From: a virus
IMG/VR virus record: IMGVR_UViG_3300022856_000003
Strand: one strand, 5' to 3'
DNA: 64,000 nucleotides
Shown: piece by piece, positions 20,581 through 30,990 of the stretch
Position numbering within the stretch: the first letter of the stretch is position 1
Layout of the letters: every line of letters begins with the position of its first letter
The notes under the pieces: model-generated
Databases searched by the model: none
The model's input: the letters and a program-made list of their open reading frames with translations, nothing else
Told to the model about the DNA's origin: nothing
Program-made: the position numbers and the translations under genes

Positions 20581-21434
20581 AGTTGCCTGAGCAAGTCATT
20601 ACGGTGATGAGAGAAGACCTCGTCAAGATCATCGATCCGCTGGACCCGTGCTGCGGTCTTCGCGCCGTGGTCGTCGAATTGTTCGCGGATGAGATGAAGG
20701 TCATCCTGATGGATGGCACAGGCGACGACGACGACGACGACCTCGTCCCCTACGAGCGCAAGCAGCTCCAGCGCCTCTTCGTCATCAAGCTCGAGTTCCC
20801 GAAGCTCATGGTCGACCGCAACGGCAAGAAGGCCATGATCGTCACCGACGAGTCTGGCGCTCTGAGGATCTCCACCAGAGACTTCGGGATGGAAGCTCTC
20901 GAGGGGATGATCCCGCTGTTCCGCGACACCGCTCCGAAGGACCCTCTCGGATGGCCGAAGCCCTACCACTTGCTGGCGTGGGCTCAGGCTGACGGGAACC
21001 TCGGGTTCGAGCCCAAACCCCTAGAAGATCAAGGCTGGTGAATGTCGTCCATCCACTACCACGAGACGAAGAACCAGACGGAGCTGATGCGGCAAGTGCT
21101 CGCTCTCGTCAAGAACGACGTGGTCGTGATGATGGCCGACGACAGGGGTCAGTGGAACGGAGAGAACAAGGACGAGCACATCAGCATAAAGGTGCGCCGC
21201 TACAAGACCGGCGAGTACAAGATCGGTCTCTACACCGCTGAGGGTCACACCTGGGTGAAGTGCTATGGCTGCACCGAAATGGGCAAGATCTGGCAGGAGA
21301 TCGACACGGAGTGCCATCGGCAGAGGGAGGAGCTGCTCTCCCCTCGACTCATCAAGCTGATGAAGCGGGCTCTCATTTCGGGCTCTGCTCGCGTGGAATG
21401 ACTAACCGCGCTACGGCGCACAACGGGAGAAACA

Positions 21435-22004
21435 ATGAAGAAGAACCGACTGATGATGAGCCTGGCCCTCCTGGCCCTCCTGGCAATCCCGACGCTGGCC
21501 CACGCGGGCGGCCCAGATGACCTGACCGAGTTCACGGATCCAGCGGGTGACACTCAGTTGATGATGGGGATCCCCAATGGCGAGTCCCCTGGGGATGTCA
21601 TCGAGGGGCCGGGCGTCACCGAGATCCCCGAGAACCCGGCCTGCGCCGTGGACAACGGCTGGGGCAGTGGTCCCGGCATGACCCCGCCGTCGATTGGTAC
21701 AGGCTGGATCGATGACCACTGCGACTGCCACCCGAAGTCGCATAGCGGCACGGCCACGTGGACCGAGTCCTGTACCACGTCAGGTGGATACGCGGGCACC
21801 CGTACCAACACCCGCGACTGGTTCCAAACGCGCTACAAGCGCGGGTGGGGATGCTCCAGCGCGGGCAAGTGCAACCCGGAGGCGGACCCGGCTACCTACG
21901 GCGTGACCGTCTATGGCGACTGCGGGGCAGAGTCGGCGGGGGAGGCAATCGCGCAGTGGGTCATCGACGTAAGTCAGATGATTGCGGACACCGTCGGCAA
22001 CTGA
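21435..22004 (+). CDS. secreted Cys/Gly-rich protein
   Basis: Sec signal MKKNRLMMSLALLALLAIPTLAHA; 7 Cys; followed by a terminator-like hairpin. Confidence 0.7.
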   Translation: MKKNRLMMSLALLALLAIPTLAHAGGPDDLTEFTDPAGDTQLMMGIPNGESPGDVIEGPGVTEIPENPACAVDNGWGSGPGMTPPSIGTGWIDDHCDCHPKSHSGTATWTESCTTSGGYAGTRTNTRDWFQTRYKRGWGCSSAGKCNPEADPATYGVTVYGDCGAESAGEAIAQWVIDVSQMIADTVGN

Positions 22005-22021
22005 CGGGCAAAACAGGATGA

Positions 22022-22050
22022 AGCGCCTGCCCTTCGGGGTGGGCGCTCTT
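22022..22050 (+). terminator. intrinsic terminator-like hairpin
   Basis: AGCGCCTGCCC-TTCG-GGGTGGGCGCT then CTT; cUUCGg loop. Confidence 0.7.
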
Positions 22051-22071
22051 GCTTGGGAGACCTTCTCTCGA

Positions 22072-22120
22072 TTGACTTAACACCGAACCGATGCTATACT
22101 TCTGGCAGGGCGAGGTGCCC
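22072..22120 (+). promoter_or_regulatory. sigma70-like promoter plus GAGGT-loop hairpin
   Basis: TTGACT-17-TATACT; GGGC-GAGGT-GCCC at 22108-22120. Confidence 0.8.
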
Positions 22121-22439
22121 ACCGGGAGGTCCCGAAGATGACTCAGTTGACCGAAATCTACATTCGACGAGCCCAGTACGCGCACATGAGCCGCCTCATG
22201 GGTTGCTTGTCGTCTCTCAACGGAGTGACGTTCCCGGTGAGCATCACCCAGGCGGAAACCCTCTATGAGTGCAACGACGCCGAAGTAGAGATCAAGACTC
22301 CAGCGTGCTTCGTCCTGCTCTCGACAAGACAGGACTACGATCTGGACCACGTCGAGACGATGGACACGACCCGTCTCGTCCGTCTCGTGAATATGCCCAA
22401 TACACCCGGCTGGTGGCGCGTTCAGTGGCCTCCTGTCAA

Positions 22440-22958
22440 GTGATCGGAGACGACTCAATCCTCGACCTGATACTCGAGGAGATGGCCGCTCAGGACGCAG
22501 CCGAGGACAAGGTCTTCGTGGACGCGACCAGGCTCTCACTCATCCATGTGCTCATGGCTCATCGCCTAAAGAAGGCGGATCGTGCTTCCAACTACAGGTG
22601 GAAGAAAGCCCAGAAGATCAAGAATGCTCGGAGGAAAGCTCGGCACGATCTACTTCAGTTTCACAGGGCAAATCTCCTTCGTGCGATGCAGAGTCCAGCT
22701 CAACGACTCGTCGATGTGTTGGCTGCTCGGCGTGACCAGATTCAGCGCGAAATCGATTTCGCCAAAAAGCTCAAGACCCCAAAAATCCTCCAGGTTCTCC
22801 TGATGGACCACAATGGGGTCATGGTCCCTATCCCTGGGTTCCTAGTGGATGCATCCGTCGACTACGGGCTCGACTCGCATTCTTTGAAGCTCCGCATTCG
22901 AGGAGTATCGACAGGTGCGAACTGGGAAAAGTGCCTGGACATGTTGGCTGGCAAATGA
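22440..22958 (+). CDS. hypothetical protein with tag-like peptides at both termini
   Basis: Starts MIGDDSILDLILEEM; ends NWEKCLDMLAGK. Confidence 0.6.
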   Translation: MIGDDSILDLILEEMAAQDAAEDKVFVDATRLSLIHVLMAHRLKKADRASNYRWKKAQKIKNARRKARHDLLQFHRANLLRAMQSPAQRLVDVLAARRDQIQREIDFAKKLKTPKILQVLLMDHNGVMVPIPGFLVDASVDYGLDSHSLKLRIRGVSTGANWEKCLDMLAGK

Positions 22959-23575
22959 GCACAGACTTCGACGACATCCTTGATCTGGCACCAGCCCTCT
23001 ACGCACGCATAGCGGAGCTGGAGGTAGAGAAGCTTGCGGAGATCAGAGCCAGGGTGTCCGCAGAGACGGAGATCAAGGCCGCTGACGAGGCCAACGCAAA
23101 GCTGACTCGGAAGGTCCTTGATCAAGCGGAAGCGTTTAGGCGCGAGGCATTCAGGTTGAATGCGGACAAGAAGTCCATCAAGGCTCGCCTGATGGTGCTG
23201 GAAGGGAAGAGGGAGTTGAAGAACTCCGTAAGAGATGAGTTCCTTGTCCACATGGATTGGGTCGATGAAGCTGCGTTCGTCTCCGTCCGAGCGTTTCAAC
23301 AGAACTTGATCTCCACGCAGTTGGTTCCAGAGTCGATCCCGTCAGAAGCTATCCGGCTTCAAGTCCGCGCGACTCTCGACTCCTGGTTCAAGACAAAGGC
23401 ACCCAGGCCGGGCGAGCCACCACTTTTGATCTCCTACGCACAGATCGCCGAGCGTGCAATAGAAGACCGCAACACGACCACTGGGTACGAACATGTCGGC
23501 TACGACGATCCCGACGATCCCAATGACATCTGGTCGGATTACGACGAGTTCGGTAGACGGACAATCCCTTTTTAG
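22955..23575 (+). CDS. coiled-coil hypothetical protein with N-terminal tag-like peptide
   Basis: Starts MSTDFDDILDLA. Confidence 0.65.
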   Translation: MSTDFDDILDLAPALYARIAELEVEKLAEIRARVSAETEIKAADEANAKLTRKVLDQAEAFRREAFRLNADKKSIKARLMVLEGKRELKNSVRDEFLVHMDWVDEAAFVSVRAFQQNLISTQLVPESIPSEAIRLQVRATLDSWFKTKAPRPGEPPLLISYAQIAERAIEDRNTTTGYEHVGYDDPDDPNDIWSDYDEFGRRTIPF

Positions 23576-24015
23576 GACAGACCATGAGAAGAGCTAAGCA
23601 ACCAACAGAAGCGACCGAGACCGACTACGACGGCGACTATGAGACCTCGTACAAGGCTCACTTCGACGCGAAGCGCGCTGCGTACAGGTCGGTAGGATTC
23701 GGGGAGCTTTTCCCGATGACCAACGACCAGATGAGGCGAGTCGTCGAGAAGAGCGAGATGGGCTTCATGGTCCCGAAGGGCTACGGCACGCCGACGTTTC
23801 GTCTGTGTCAGCTCTGCGTCCAGGAACGTGGTCTGATCAGAGTCGAGGAGGGAACGGTCGTTTGGAAGTCCCAGCATCACGCAAAGTGGGAGTTGGATGG
23901 GATGGGAGACTTCATGGAAGTCACCGCTCGCAACGAACATGGAGACATGGGGATCTGGCATCTAGATCTCCCTACTCACCTCGATAACGACTGGGAGTAA
24001 TCGACGCCCCTACGC

Positions 24016-24082
24016 TTGCGACCGTGCGACCGTTGATGTACAATGTGGTTGTTCAGCGAACCGATAACCATCGAGGTGATGG
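24016..24082 (+). promoter_or_regulatory. sigma70-like promoter plus GAGGT-loop hairpin
   Basis: TTGCGA-17-TACAAT; TGTTCA at 24050; CCATC-GAGGT-GATGG at 24068-24082. Confidence 0.7.
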
Positions 24083-24083
24083 C

Positions 24084-24563
24084 ATGACTAACGGACTCTC
24101 CCGACAGATTGCGCGACAAACAGCGCGAACCCTCGCCGCCCAGCGCGCAGCGACCATCTTCGCAGCGCAGCAGATGGCCGACATCGCTGACCTCGTCGAA
24201 ATCGCCCGCTCCGAAGGACCCGAGTCCGCAATGCAGTTCGTCGACTCCGACGCTGACGCTGTGACATTCGGTGCGCTCGTTCAGCTCGCACTCGAAATCG
24301 GCACCCCGCTCATCGCGCTCGTCAATCCCGAGAAGGCCATCCGCGCCCGAATCCCCTGCATCACTCTCCGAGAGGATGGAACCCAGGGAGTCCGAATGGT
24401 CTTCAGCAACCGAGGTCGATACGGCGTCGTCTGCTTCAAAAACGGTGGCCACGTTGCCCACGTTGCCGAAATGACGACCGCCAACGCAGTGGACTGCCAC
24501 AACGGAGCGAAGGAGATTCGCTACTACCGCAATCGCTTCGACGTAGTCGCGGTGACCGCGTGA
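24084..24563 (+). CDS. hypothetical protein
   Basis: ATG directly after the leader hairpin. Confidence 0.65.
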   Translation: MTNGLSRQIARQTARTLAAQRAATIFAAQQMADIADLVEIARSEGPESAMQFVDSDADAVTFGALVQLALEIGTPLIALVNPEKAIRARIPCITLREDGTQGVRMVFSNRGRYGVVCFKNGGHVAHVAEMTTANAVDCHNGAKEIRYYRNRFDVVAVTA

Positions 24564-24810
24564 GGCATCTCGCCGAGTACCTTCTCTGCCTCGCGGTGGG
24601 AGCTGGGATCATCATCCTGGCACTGGCCGCGATGCTCGAGCCCGATCCCATCTCGGAGCGCATTTCCCGTGACGCTAGTCAGGCAGCAGCAGTGCTGGAC
24701 GATGCCGAGGCACTCAACGACTTCCGCCTCTGCATGGCGCACCAGCTACGCCAGTACGAGCCCACCGATGCCGAGTACGCAGCCGCTCAGACGTTCTGCG
24801 AGGTGACACA

Positions 24811-25866
24811 GTGAACATCCCCTCTGACCGCATCGAGTTCATCAAGCCGATGAAAGCGAAGCAGACCAATCGGTCGAAGAAGCAGCCTGACGGTACGACC
24901 TACCTCAAGGGCGCTGAGGAGATGATCGCCTGGGTTGGAACCATCGACCCGACGGAGTACTGGGCCGAGATCAAGGAGAACGGCCAGAGGGTCCAGGTCC
25001 AGGACTACGGTTTCTGGACGACTAGGCCGACATGGGTTCCGAAGGATGACTACCCGCATATCTGCTCCTACATCCCCCCAGGCTGTGTCTTCGACGGTGA
25101 GCTGATGCCGAACGACGGAGAGGGTCACGAGGTAGTCAGTCACTACCGGTCAAGCCATCCTCAGAAGCTCAAGCTCGTCGTGTTCGATATCCTCTATGTC
25201 GGCGGCGTTTGCGTCATGGACGACCCGCTCGAGGTCCGTAGGAAGAAGCTCCAGGCGATGCTCGATGCGGCCCCTACGCCGAACATCGAACTGGCGCACG
25301 TCTTCGAGGATGACTTCGCTCAGGCAATGAGAGATGCGCTGGCTCAGGGTCGCGAAGGCTTGATCATCAAGAACCGCTTCTCCAACTACAAGCCTGGCTC
25401 CCGCAGCAAGTGGCTCAAGTGCAAGGCCACAGAGACGGTCGACGTTGTCATCACCGACTGCGACTCGAAGCCCACCGAGTGGAGGGTCCGCCCAGGCCAC
25501 AAAGACACGCATGGTGTGGTCCTGCCCGAGGGACGCCACTCCGATCCCTGGATTGCAGGCTACGTGGGCCTCTCTTACGGCTTCTACGACGACAAGGGCC
25601 AACTGCGCCGCGTAGGGTCGCTCGGCGTCACAGGGACTCTCGAGGACATGCGGAAGCACGTCGGACGAGTCGCCGAGGTGGACTCCTTCGGACCCCAGTT
25701 CCCGACCGGTGCCATCCAGCATCCGAGCTTCAAGCACTGGCGGGACGACAAGCACCCGATCTCCTGTGTCTTCGCCTTTGACGAGGCTGACGGAGTGAAC
25801 CTCAAGGCTCTACGCGACCTCCCCGAGTCCTTCGACCCGGTGGACATGATTCTGGGGATGGACTGA
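24811..25866 (+). CDS. ATP-dependent DNA ligase
   Basis: Motif I EIKENGQR, III FDGEL, IIIa VFDILY, IV EGLIIK, V WLKCK, OB fold ending in R-D-D-K; tail FDPVDMILGMD. Confidence 0.88.
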   Translation: MNIPSDRIEFIKPMKAKQTNRSKKQPDGTTYLKGAEEMIAWVGTIDPTEYWAEIKENGQRVQVQDYGFWTTRPTWVPKDDYPHICSYIPPGCVFDGELMPNDGEGHEVVSHYRSSHPQKLKLVVFDILYVGGVCVMDDPLEVRRKKLQAMLDAAPTPNIELAHVFEDDFAQAMRDALAQGREGLIIKNRFSNYKPGSRSKWLKCKATETVDVVITDCDSKPTEWRVRPGHKDTHGVVLPEGRHSDPWIAGYVGLSYGFYDDKGQLRRVGSLGVTGTLEDMRKHVGRVAEVDSFGPQFPTGAIQHPSFKHWRDDKHPISCVFAFDEADGVNLKALRDLPESFDPVDMILGMD

Positions 25867-26351
25867 TGGGCAACACATACGGAGTACAGAAGGCGGGGCT
25901 CCAAGGGATCCACGTCTACGACGCGCTCAGGACGGCAGTCAACGAGAAGTGGCCGGGCGTATTCAGCATCGTCTACGACGGTCAAGCTGACACAGTAGCC
26001 CTCATCCTCGGCATGGACCTCAAGATGGTCTGGCACCCCTGGGGTGACGGTATCTGGGGTGGAAACTCCATCCGAGGATTCTTCGACTTCGGTGACTGGA
26101 TGCTCCGGTTCATCGTCCACCGCGTGGCCGAGATCCTCGACGCCGACAAGTACGGCGAGGGATTCGAGGAGGTCGTGACCAACTCCGCGAGGTACCAGAC
26201 CTTTGGCGAGTGGTTCCATCGGCTGGACTGTGCCGGTGTTGAACGCGACGTATTCCTCAAGAGTTTGAAGGACCGCATGGACTCAGGCCGCATGGACGAC
26301 ATGCCAGAGGCTCTGCTCGCAGACCTCAACACCGCATTCAAGGAGAAGTGA
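25866..26351 (+). CDS. hypothetical protein
   Basis: Coupled ORF. Confidence 0.6.
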   Translation: MGNTYGVQKAGLQGIHVYDALRTAVNEKWPGVFSIVYDGQADTVALILGMDLKMVWHPWGDGIWGGNSIRGFFDFGDWMLRFIVHRVAEILDADKYGEGFEEVVTNSARYQTFGEWFHRLDCAGVERDVFLKSLKDRMDSGRMDDMPEALLADLNTAFKEK

Positions 26352-27419
26352 TGCACTGGAACACCGCCGAAATCAAGAAGCTCATCGCCCAGCCGGGTGC
26401 CACCGTGACCCGAGCCCGTCAGGGAGGGGACTACGACACGACCAATCTGGTGGTGGTTCATCCTGACTGGCGGTACTTCGTCGTCGGCTTCCGTCCCGAG
26501 GAAAGCATCACCGCTGCCGAGCTGGATGACTGCGCCGACGTGGACGCCATCTCGGTAGGTGACGGTCAGGACAGTCGCGGCGGCTGCAACTCGTCCGACG
26601 AAGGAGCCATCCTGGCCCATGCTCGCATCGTCGCGGCCCTCCGTGGCGCTGGCTGGGAAACCATCGGCCACTACGACGAGATCTTCTAAGATGGCAGTCC
26701 GCACCCTTGAATATCGGTCACCCCAGGTGGAACGGGTGACCTTCCGAACAGTGCTTCCGCTCCGACACATGGACCGATCCTGTCGAGTCATTGCGGAGAA
26801 CCACGGGCACGCCTGGAAGATCGTCGAGATCAAGCCGCAGGGTGCCGACCCCATCGAGATGCATGAATCGTGGTGGGGTCAGCTCGGAGACGACATCGCC
26901 ACCGCACTCGAACAGGCAGAAGAACGTGGGATGAAGTGATCGACTTCCCTAAGACGAACCGGACATGTCTCCAGTGTGGTGGCATCTCCCACACTCAGTG
27001 GACTCCGGTCATCTGTCTTCGCTGCATGTCTCGGCTGGGCTGGGAGCCGCGCGAAGAACCAGGCTTCCTCCTATTGCCTTCTGGCGACTCGATCCGAAGC
27101 ACGCAGATTCAATGGGCGGTGATTGTCGTTGTGATCCTGATCATCCTTGCCTTGGTGTTCGGATGAAGGTCCTAGTCACCCTGTCGGATGGTTTCCGATT
27201 CACATCAGTTCTCTACGAAGAAGACGACGTTCACGGTCTCGGAGACGACGTGACGAAGTTCAATCTCAGCGACGCGGCGAGCAGCCTCAAGGATGACCTC
27301 ACCGAACTCCTCGAGTTTGAGAGTGACGCGCTGTTGGGTCGAGACTTCATCGGTATTGAGATCATGCTCATCGAGCCCGTGCTGGACGATGCCCACACTG
27401 ACCTGATCATGGTGGAAGT

Positions 27420-27785
27420 GTGATCTCGCTTCGAGCAGGCCAGAGAGACTGGTTCATGTACGTCGTGGTCACGGCGACAGGCACCCTCTACTGCGGTGTC
27501 TCTACGGACGTTCATGCCCGAGTTGCCACGCACAACAGAGGCAAGGGTGCGAAGTACCTCCAGGGCGTCCGACTCCCCTGCAAGCTCCTCGTCGCGTGGT
27601 GCTTCGCCGGGCCAGACGCTCATGGAAACGCCTTGCGCTGTGAATACTGGTTCAAGCATCAGACGAGATCGCAGAAGAGGAGATTCATCCTGATGGAAGT
27701 GAACCTCCCGGAAGAGTTCAAGATCGCGTTCGGAGGTCAGGAGATCCCGAGAGAAGAGATCCGAGCCCTGTTGCCTGCCTTTTGA
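27420..27785 (+). CDS. GIY-YIG nuclease (YazA/UPF0213-like)
   Basis: FMYVV..TLYCGVSTDVHARVATHNRGKGAKY...ALRCEYWFK. Confidence 0.85.
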   Translation: MISLRAGQRDWFMYVVVTATGTLYCGVSTDVHARVATHNRGKGAKYLQGVRLPCKLLVAWCFAGPDAHGNALRCEYWFKHQTRSQKRRFILMEVNLPEEFKIAFGGQEIPREEIRALLPAF

Positions 27786-27847
27786 CTGAGCCGAGGAGGT
27801 CCTCCCCCACACGTTGAATCGGAGGTCACTTACCTGTCGGGCTCTCA

Positions 27848-27883
27848 AGCACCCTCATCCCTTTTCGGGGGTGGGGGTGTGCT
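27848..27883 (+). terminator. GC-rich hairpin, probable terminator or module boundary
   Basis: AGCACCCTCATCCC-TTTTCG-GGGGTGGGGGTGTGCT. Confidence 0.55.
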
Positions 27884-27928
27884 CGTTGGCGTGCTACCTT
27901 CCTGGTTCAACGGCCCGTCGGAGCACAG

Positions 27929-28321
27929 ATGCGTCTCAAGACCAGAATCAGCCTGAGCCTCTCTTCGACCAGTGCCGAGGAGATGGATGTCGCAAACCAG
28001 GCTCCGTCGAGCTACGAGGTCACCGACGAACTCGGTGAGGGCTCTGCTCGCACCTACAAGGTGCTCACGGGAGTTGCTTCCCAGGCTGTGGATCTGGCCG
28101 GTCTGACTGCGGTCAACTACATCTACGTCCGAACGAACAAGGCGATCACGTTCCACATCACGGACGCTGGTGGCACCTACGACATCCCGGTGGCAATCCC
28201 AGACGGGTTCGACTACGGGTATCTCTCGCTCAACACGACTGCCGTCACCGCACTGGCAGTGTCGAATGCAAGTGGGTCGACCGCTCGTCTGATGGTGGTT
28301 CTCGCTGGAGACCCGGAGTAG
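27929..28321 (+). CDS. possible virion structural protein
   Basis: Ala/Thr/Val-rich, beta-like; first gene of the putative late cluster. Confidence 0.4.
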   Translation: MRLKTRISLSLSSTSAEEMDVANQAPSSYEVTDELGEGSARTYKVLTGVASQAVDLAGLTAVNYIYVRTNKAITFHITDAGGTYDIPVAIPDGFDYGYLSLNTTAVTALAVSNASGSTARLMVVLAGDPE

Positions 28322-28550
28322 TCGTGACCTCAGAGTTTGAGGACATTCTCGCTGGCGCAGTCGGTGGTACACGAAATCGATTTCGCGATGTGAAGTCCCC
28401 ACTCCCTGGTGGCGAAGTCCAGGAAATCGGGATGCTTTTCATCAACCGCGCGCTCGACGCAAGGCTCTCGCGGATAGCCAATGATCGTGGTACAAATGTG
28501 TCCCAGGTCCTCACAGCAGCCCTCGACTTGCTCGAGTTGGAGCCGAAGTA

Positions 28551-29009
28551 ATGAGTCACATCGCAGCAGATCTACGCTCTCTTACCGAGGTCGAGTTCAC
28601 CACCACGGCTCCCATCGTTGAAGACGACGCCCCAGTCGATGAGCCTGGTGAGGCAAGTGAACTGAACGAGGACGCTCCCGAGGTCATTGGACCGCCCCCG
28701 CGCCCCGCCGCTGAGGACGGAGGCCAGCTCCTGGAGTGCTACGACACCGTCATGGCGTCTTCCGGCCACTACCACGACCGCACGCTCGAAGAGAAGCTCC
28801 GAGAAGCCTGTGGGACGCTCAGGTACGCCATCAGCGAAGAGGCCGAGAAGGGCCTGGGCGACGATGGCCGAACCCGCCGCAAGATCAACGAGGACGAGGA
28901 CTACCCCTGGGCTGCGGTCGAGAAGATGCTCACCAAGCGCATCCATCCGAACCTGTTCAAGTCCCTCGTCGCGGAGGCCCGAGGCGTTCTCGAGGCTTAC
29001 TACGAGTAG
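28551..29009 (+). CDS. putative internal head protein
   Basis: Acidic; leader ..DLRSLTE and repeated L/I-x-E sites (ELNE, TLEE, KINE). Confidence 0.45.
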   Translation: MSHIAADLRSLTEVEFTTTAPIVEDDAPVDEPGEASELNEDAPEVIGPPPRPAAEDGGQLLECYDTVMASSGHYHDRTLEEKLREACGTLRYAISEEAEKGLGDDGRTRRKINEDEDYPWAAVEKMLTKRIHPNLFKSLVAEARGVLEAYYE

Positions 29010-29012
29010 GCC

Positions 29013-29231
29013 ATGAAGTCCTTCATCACAGAACTGTCTGAGCCCACCGTCTCGGACCTCGACGAGGGCGGCTTCGGCTCCTCGCTCAAGGACGCGAAGA
29101 AGGCGGTCGACTCTTTGAAGTCGTCGTCGCACAACATCGTCAAGATGGGCACGGTGGGATTGCCGAAGACGAAGTTCGCTCTGAACGACGGGACCACTGC
29201 TTACGTCTTCGAGCTGGTCAGTATCCAGTAG
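29013..29231 (+). CDS. putative internal head protein
   Basis: Leader MKSFITELSE. Confidence 0.55.
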   Translation: MKSFITELSEPTVSDLDEGGFGSSLKDAKKAVDSLKSSSHNIVKMGTVGLPKTKFALNDGTTAYVFELVSIQ

Positions 29232-29239
29232 GAGTAGAT

Positions 29240-29554
29240 GTGAAGAATCTGATCAAAGAACTGTCCGAAGATCCCGAAGAGACCGACGATCTCGAGGAGG
29301 CATCCGGCTCCTACGAGGGTGAGGGGATCCAGTTTACCGACAAGGAGGCTCGTGCCTTCCGTCTCGGAGTGGACCTCGGAAGGTTGTCTGGCCAGAAGAA
29401 GCTCAGACGTGTTGATTTCGAGATCAACAGCGACAACTTCGCGTTCGTGAGTTTCAAGGCGAAGAAGAAGGTCGGTGCTCACATCCTGATGTACCTCCGT
29501 GGATGGTGGAAGGTCACCTACCACTTCGACACCGAGAGTTTCGAGTCGAAGTGA
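29240..29554 (+). CDS. putative internal head protein
   Basis: Leader MKNLIKELSE. Confidence 0.55.
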   Translation: MKNLIKELSEDPEETDDLEEASGSYEGEGIQFTDKEARAFRLGVDLGRLSGQKKLRRVDFEINSDNFAFVSFKAKKKVGAHILMYLRGWWKVTYHFDTESFESK

Positions 29555-29865
29555 AGCGCCTCATCGCCCATCTCGCAGAGTCCGCATCGGAACCTGGGAT
29601 CGTCTGGTTCGCAGCGAACGAGTGGCCGAAGACATCTTCGCTCGCCACTGGCTCAAAGGCCGCTGAGAGGTACCCGTTGGTTCCCTTCGCGACCGTCTTC
29701 AAGAGTGGTGATCATCCGGGTGCGAACTTCAAGAGGAAGGACCTCCCAGGGAAGTTCGTCGTGAAGAAGGGTCGAGACCACTTCCTGATCGACTCGGGCG
29801 ACAAGGACTACGGCAAGCGAGTCGCGAAGTTGCCGAAGTTCAAACCTGTGGCGCGCTTCCAGTGA
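29551..29865 (+). CDS. putative internal head protein
   Basis: GTG start, leader MKRLIAHLAE. Confidence 0.55.
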   Translation: MKRLIAHLAESASEPGIVWFAANEWPKTSSLATGSKAAERYPLVPFATVFKSGDHPGANFKRKDLPGKFVVKKGRDHFLIDSGDKDYGKRVAKLPKFKPVARFQ

Positions 29866-30293
29866 AATCGCTCATCGACGACCTCCGCGAGATGACCCTC
29901 GCCGGGAACGTCGCCACCGTGGCAGTCCCATTGGGAGCCGTCCTCCGACGCCCATGGCCTGACATGTGGAAGAAGCGAAAGAAGCGCAAGAAGACTGAGT
30001 CCCTCGACGAGTCAGCGTCCGTCTGGAAGCAGATGGTCGACATCGATTCCAAGCTCGACAGCGAAGCGCAGAACTGGAATCACAACCTCGCCGCTGTCTT
30101 CAAGCTCTATGAGAAGTTCGCATCGAGGCCAGCGAAGCTCGCAATAATTCTGGCCAAGTTCGACGCCCCGCACTGGCTGTCGACTGCGAAGGCGAAGCAC
30201 GGCTTGGAACAGGTTCGCCTGCACGACAAGGCGCTGGCCAAAAGCATCATCCGTGAGATCCGTCGCTGGGATGGCATGAAGGACGCGACATGA
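29862..30293 (+). CDS. putative internal head protein
   Basis: Leader MKSLIDDLRE. Confidence 0.55.
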   Translation: MKSLIDDLREMTLAGNVATVAVPLGAVLRRPWPDMWKKRKKRKKTESLDESASVWKQMVDIDSKLDSEAQNWNHNLAAVFKLYEKFASRPAKLAIILAKFDAPHWLSTAKAKHGLEQVRLHDKALAKSIIREIRRWDGMKDAT

Positions 30294-30496
30294 AGGCACT
30301 GATCAAAGATCTGGACGAGGTTGCTGTCCCACCGAAAGCCCGGAGGGTGGAGGTTACGATGGCAATCGAGGGGAAGACTCTGATCATCGAGACCCCTGCT
30401 GGAACGATGGAGGTCCTCAACTTCAAGAAGTCGGCGATCGGTGAGGAACCAGCGCGGTTCAATGGTCACGTACCGAAGACCTGGATGAAGTCGTGA
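30290..30496 (+). CDS. putative internal head protein
   Basis: Leader MKALIKDLDE. Confidence 0.55.
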   Translation: MKALIKDLDEVAVPPKARRVEVTMAIEGKTLIIETPAGTMEVLNFKKSAIGEEPARFNGHVPKTWMKS

Positions 30497-30735
30497 AGGC
30501 ACTGATCAAGGCACTCAAGGGTCGTGACGCAGAATCCATCCGAGTGGTGGTACGCGCTGAACTCGAGGTTTCAGGGTTCGTTACCGTCGAGGACGGGAAG
30601 ATCAAGGCGTTCGTCGGTCCTGACAAGAAAGAGATCGAGTCACAGATGCGTGATGGTCTCGTGAAGGTCCAGTCCCTCATCGGAGCATCTAGGCGCGATG
30701 TTCTCGCTGGGGCAAAGAAATCGGGACTGGTATAG
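30493..30735 (+). CDS. putative internal head protein
   Basis: Leader MKALIKALKG (lacks E10). Confidence 0.45.
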   Translation: MKALIKALKGRDAESIRVVVRAELEVSGFVTVEDGKIKAFVGPDKKEIESQMRDGLVKVQSLIGASRRDVLAGAKKSGLV

Positions 30736-30774
30736 TCCGGATGTAGCCCGCGACGGTGCGGGCCAGGAGGTTCC

Positions 30775-30969
30775 ATGAAGTACCGCTGTTGCAACTGTTC
30801 CCACATCGACACCAATGGCTCGAAGTGCTCGAAGTGCGGGTCCAACTCGCTCGAGACCCTCTCGCCCGCCAACCAGCCCACTGCTGAGAGCGCACCCCAG
30901 GGTGGTCCACAGCTTCTCTGCGAAGTGCCCGACGATCGAAAGCCCGTAGGCAACCAGATCAACGGGTGA
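30775..30969 (+). CDS. small Zn-ribbon protein
   Basis: CCNC...CSKCGS; AGGAGG SD. Confidence 0.65.
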   Translation: MKYRCCNCSHIDTNGSKCSKCGSNSLETLSPANQPTAESAPQGGPQLLCEVPDDRKPVGNQING

Positions 30970-30990
30970 AATCGATTTCGCGGAGAAGAC

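Noticed and set aside
27787-27845. Possible structured RNA upstream of the 27848 hairpin
   Set aside because: An imperfect long hairpin can be drawn, but it is a single copy in GC-rich DNA with no supporting covariation.
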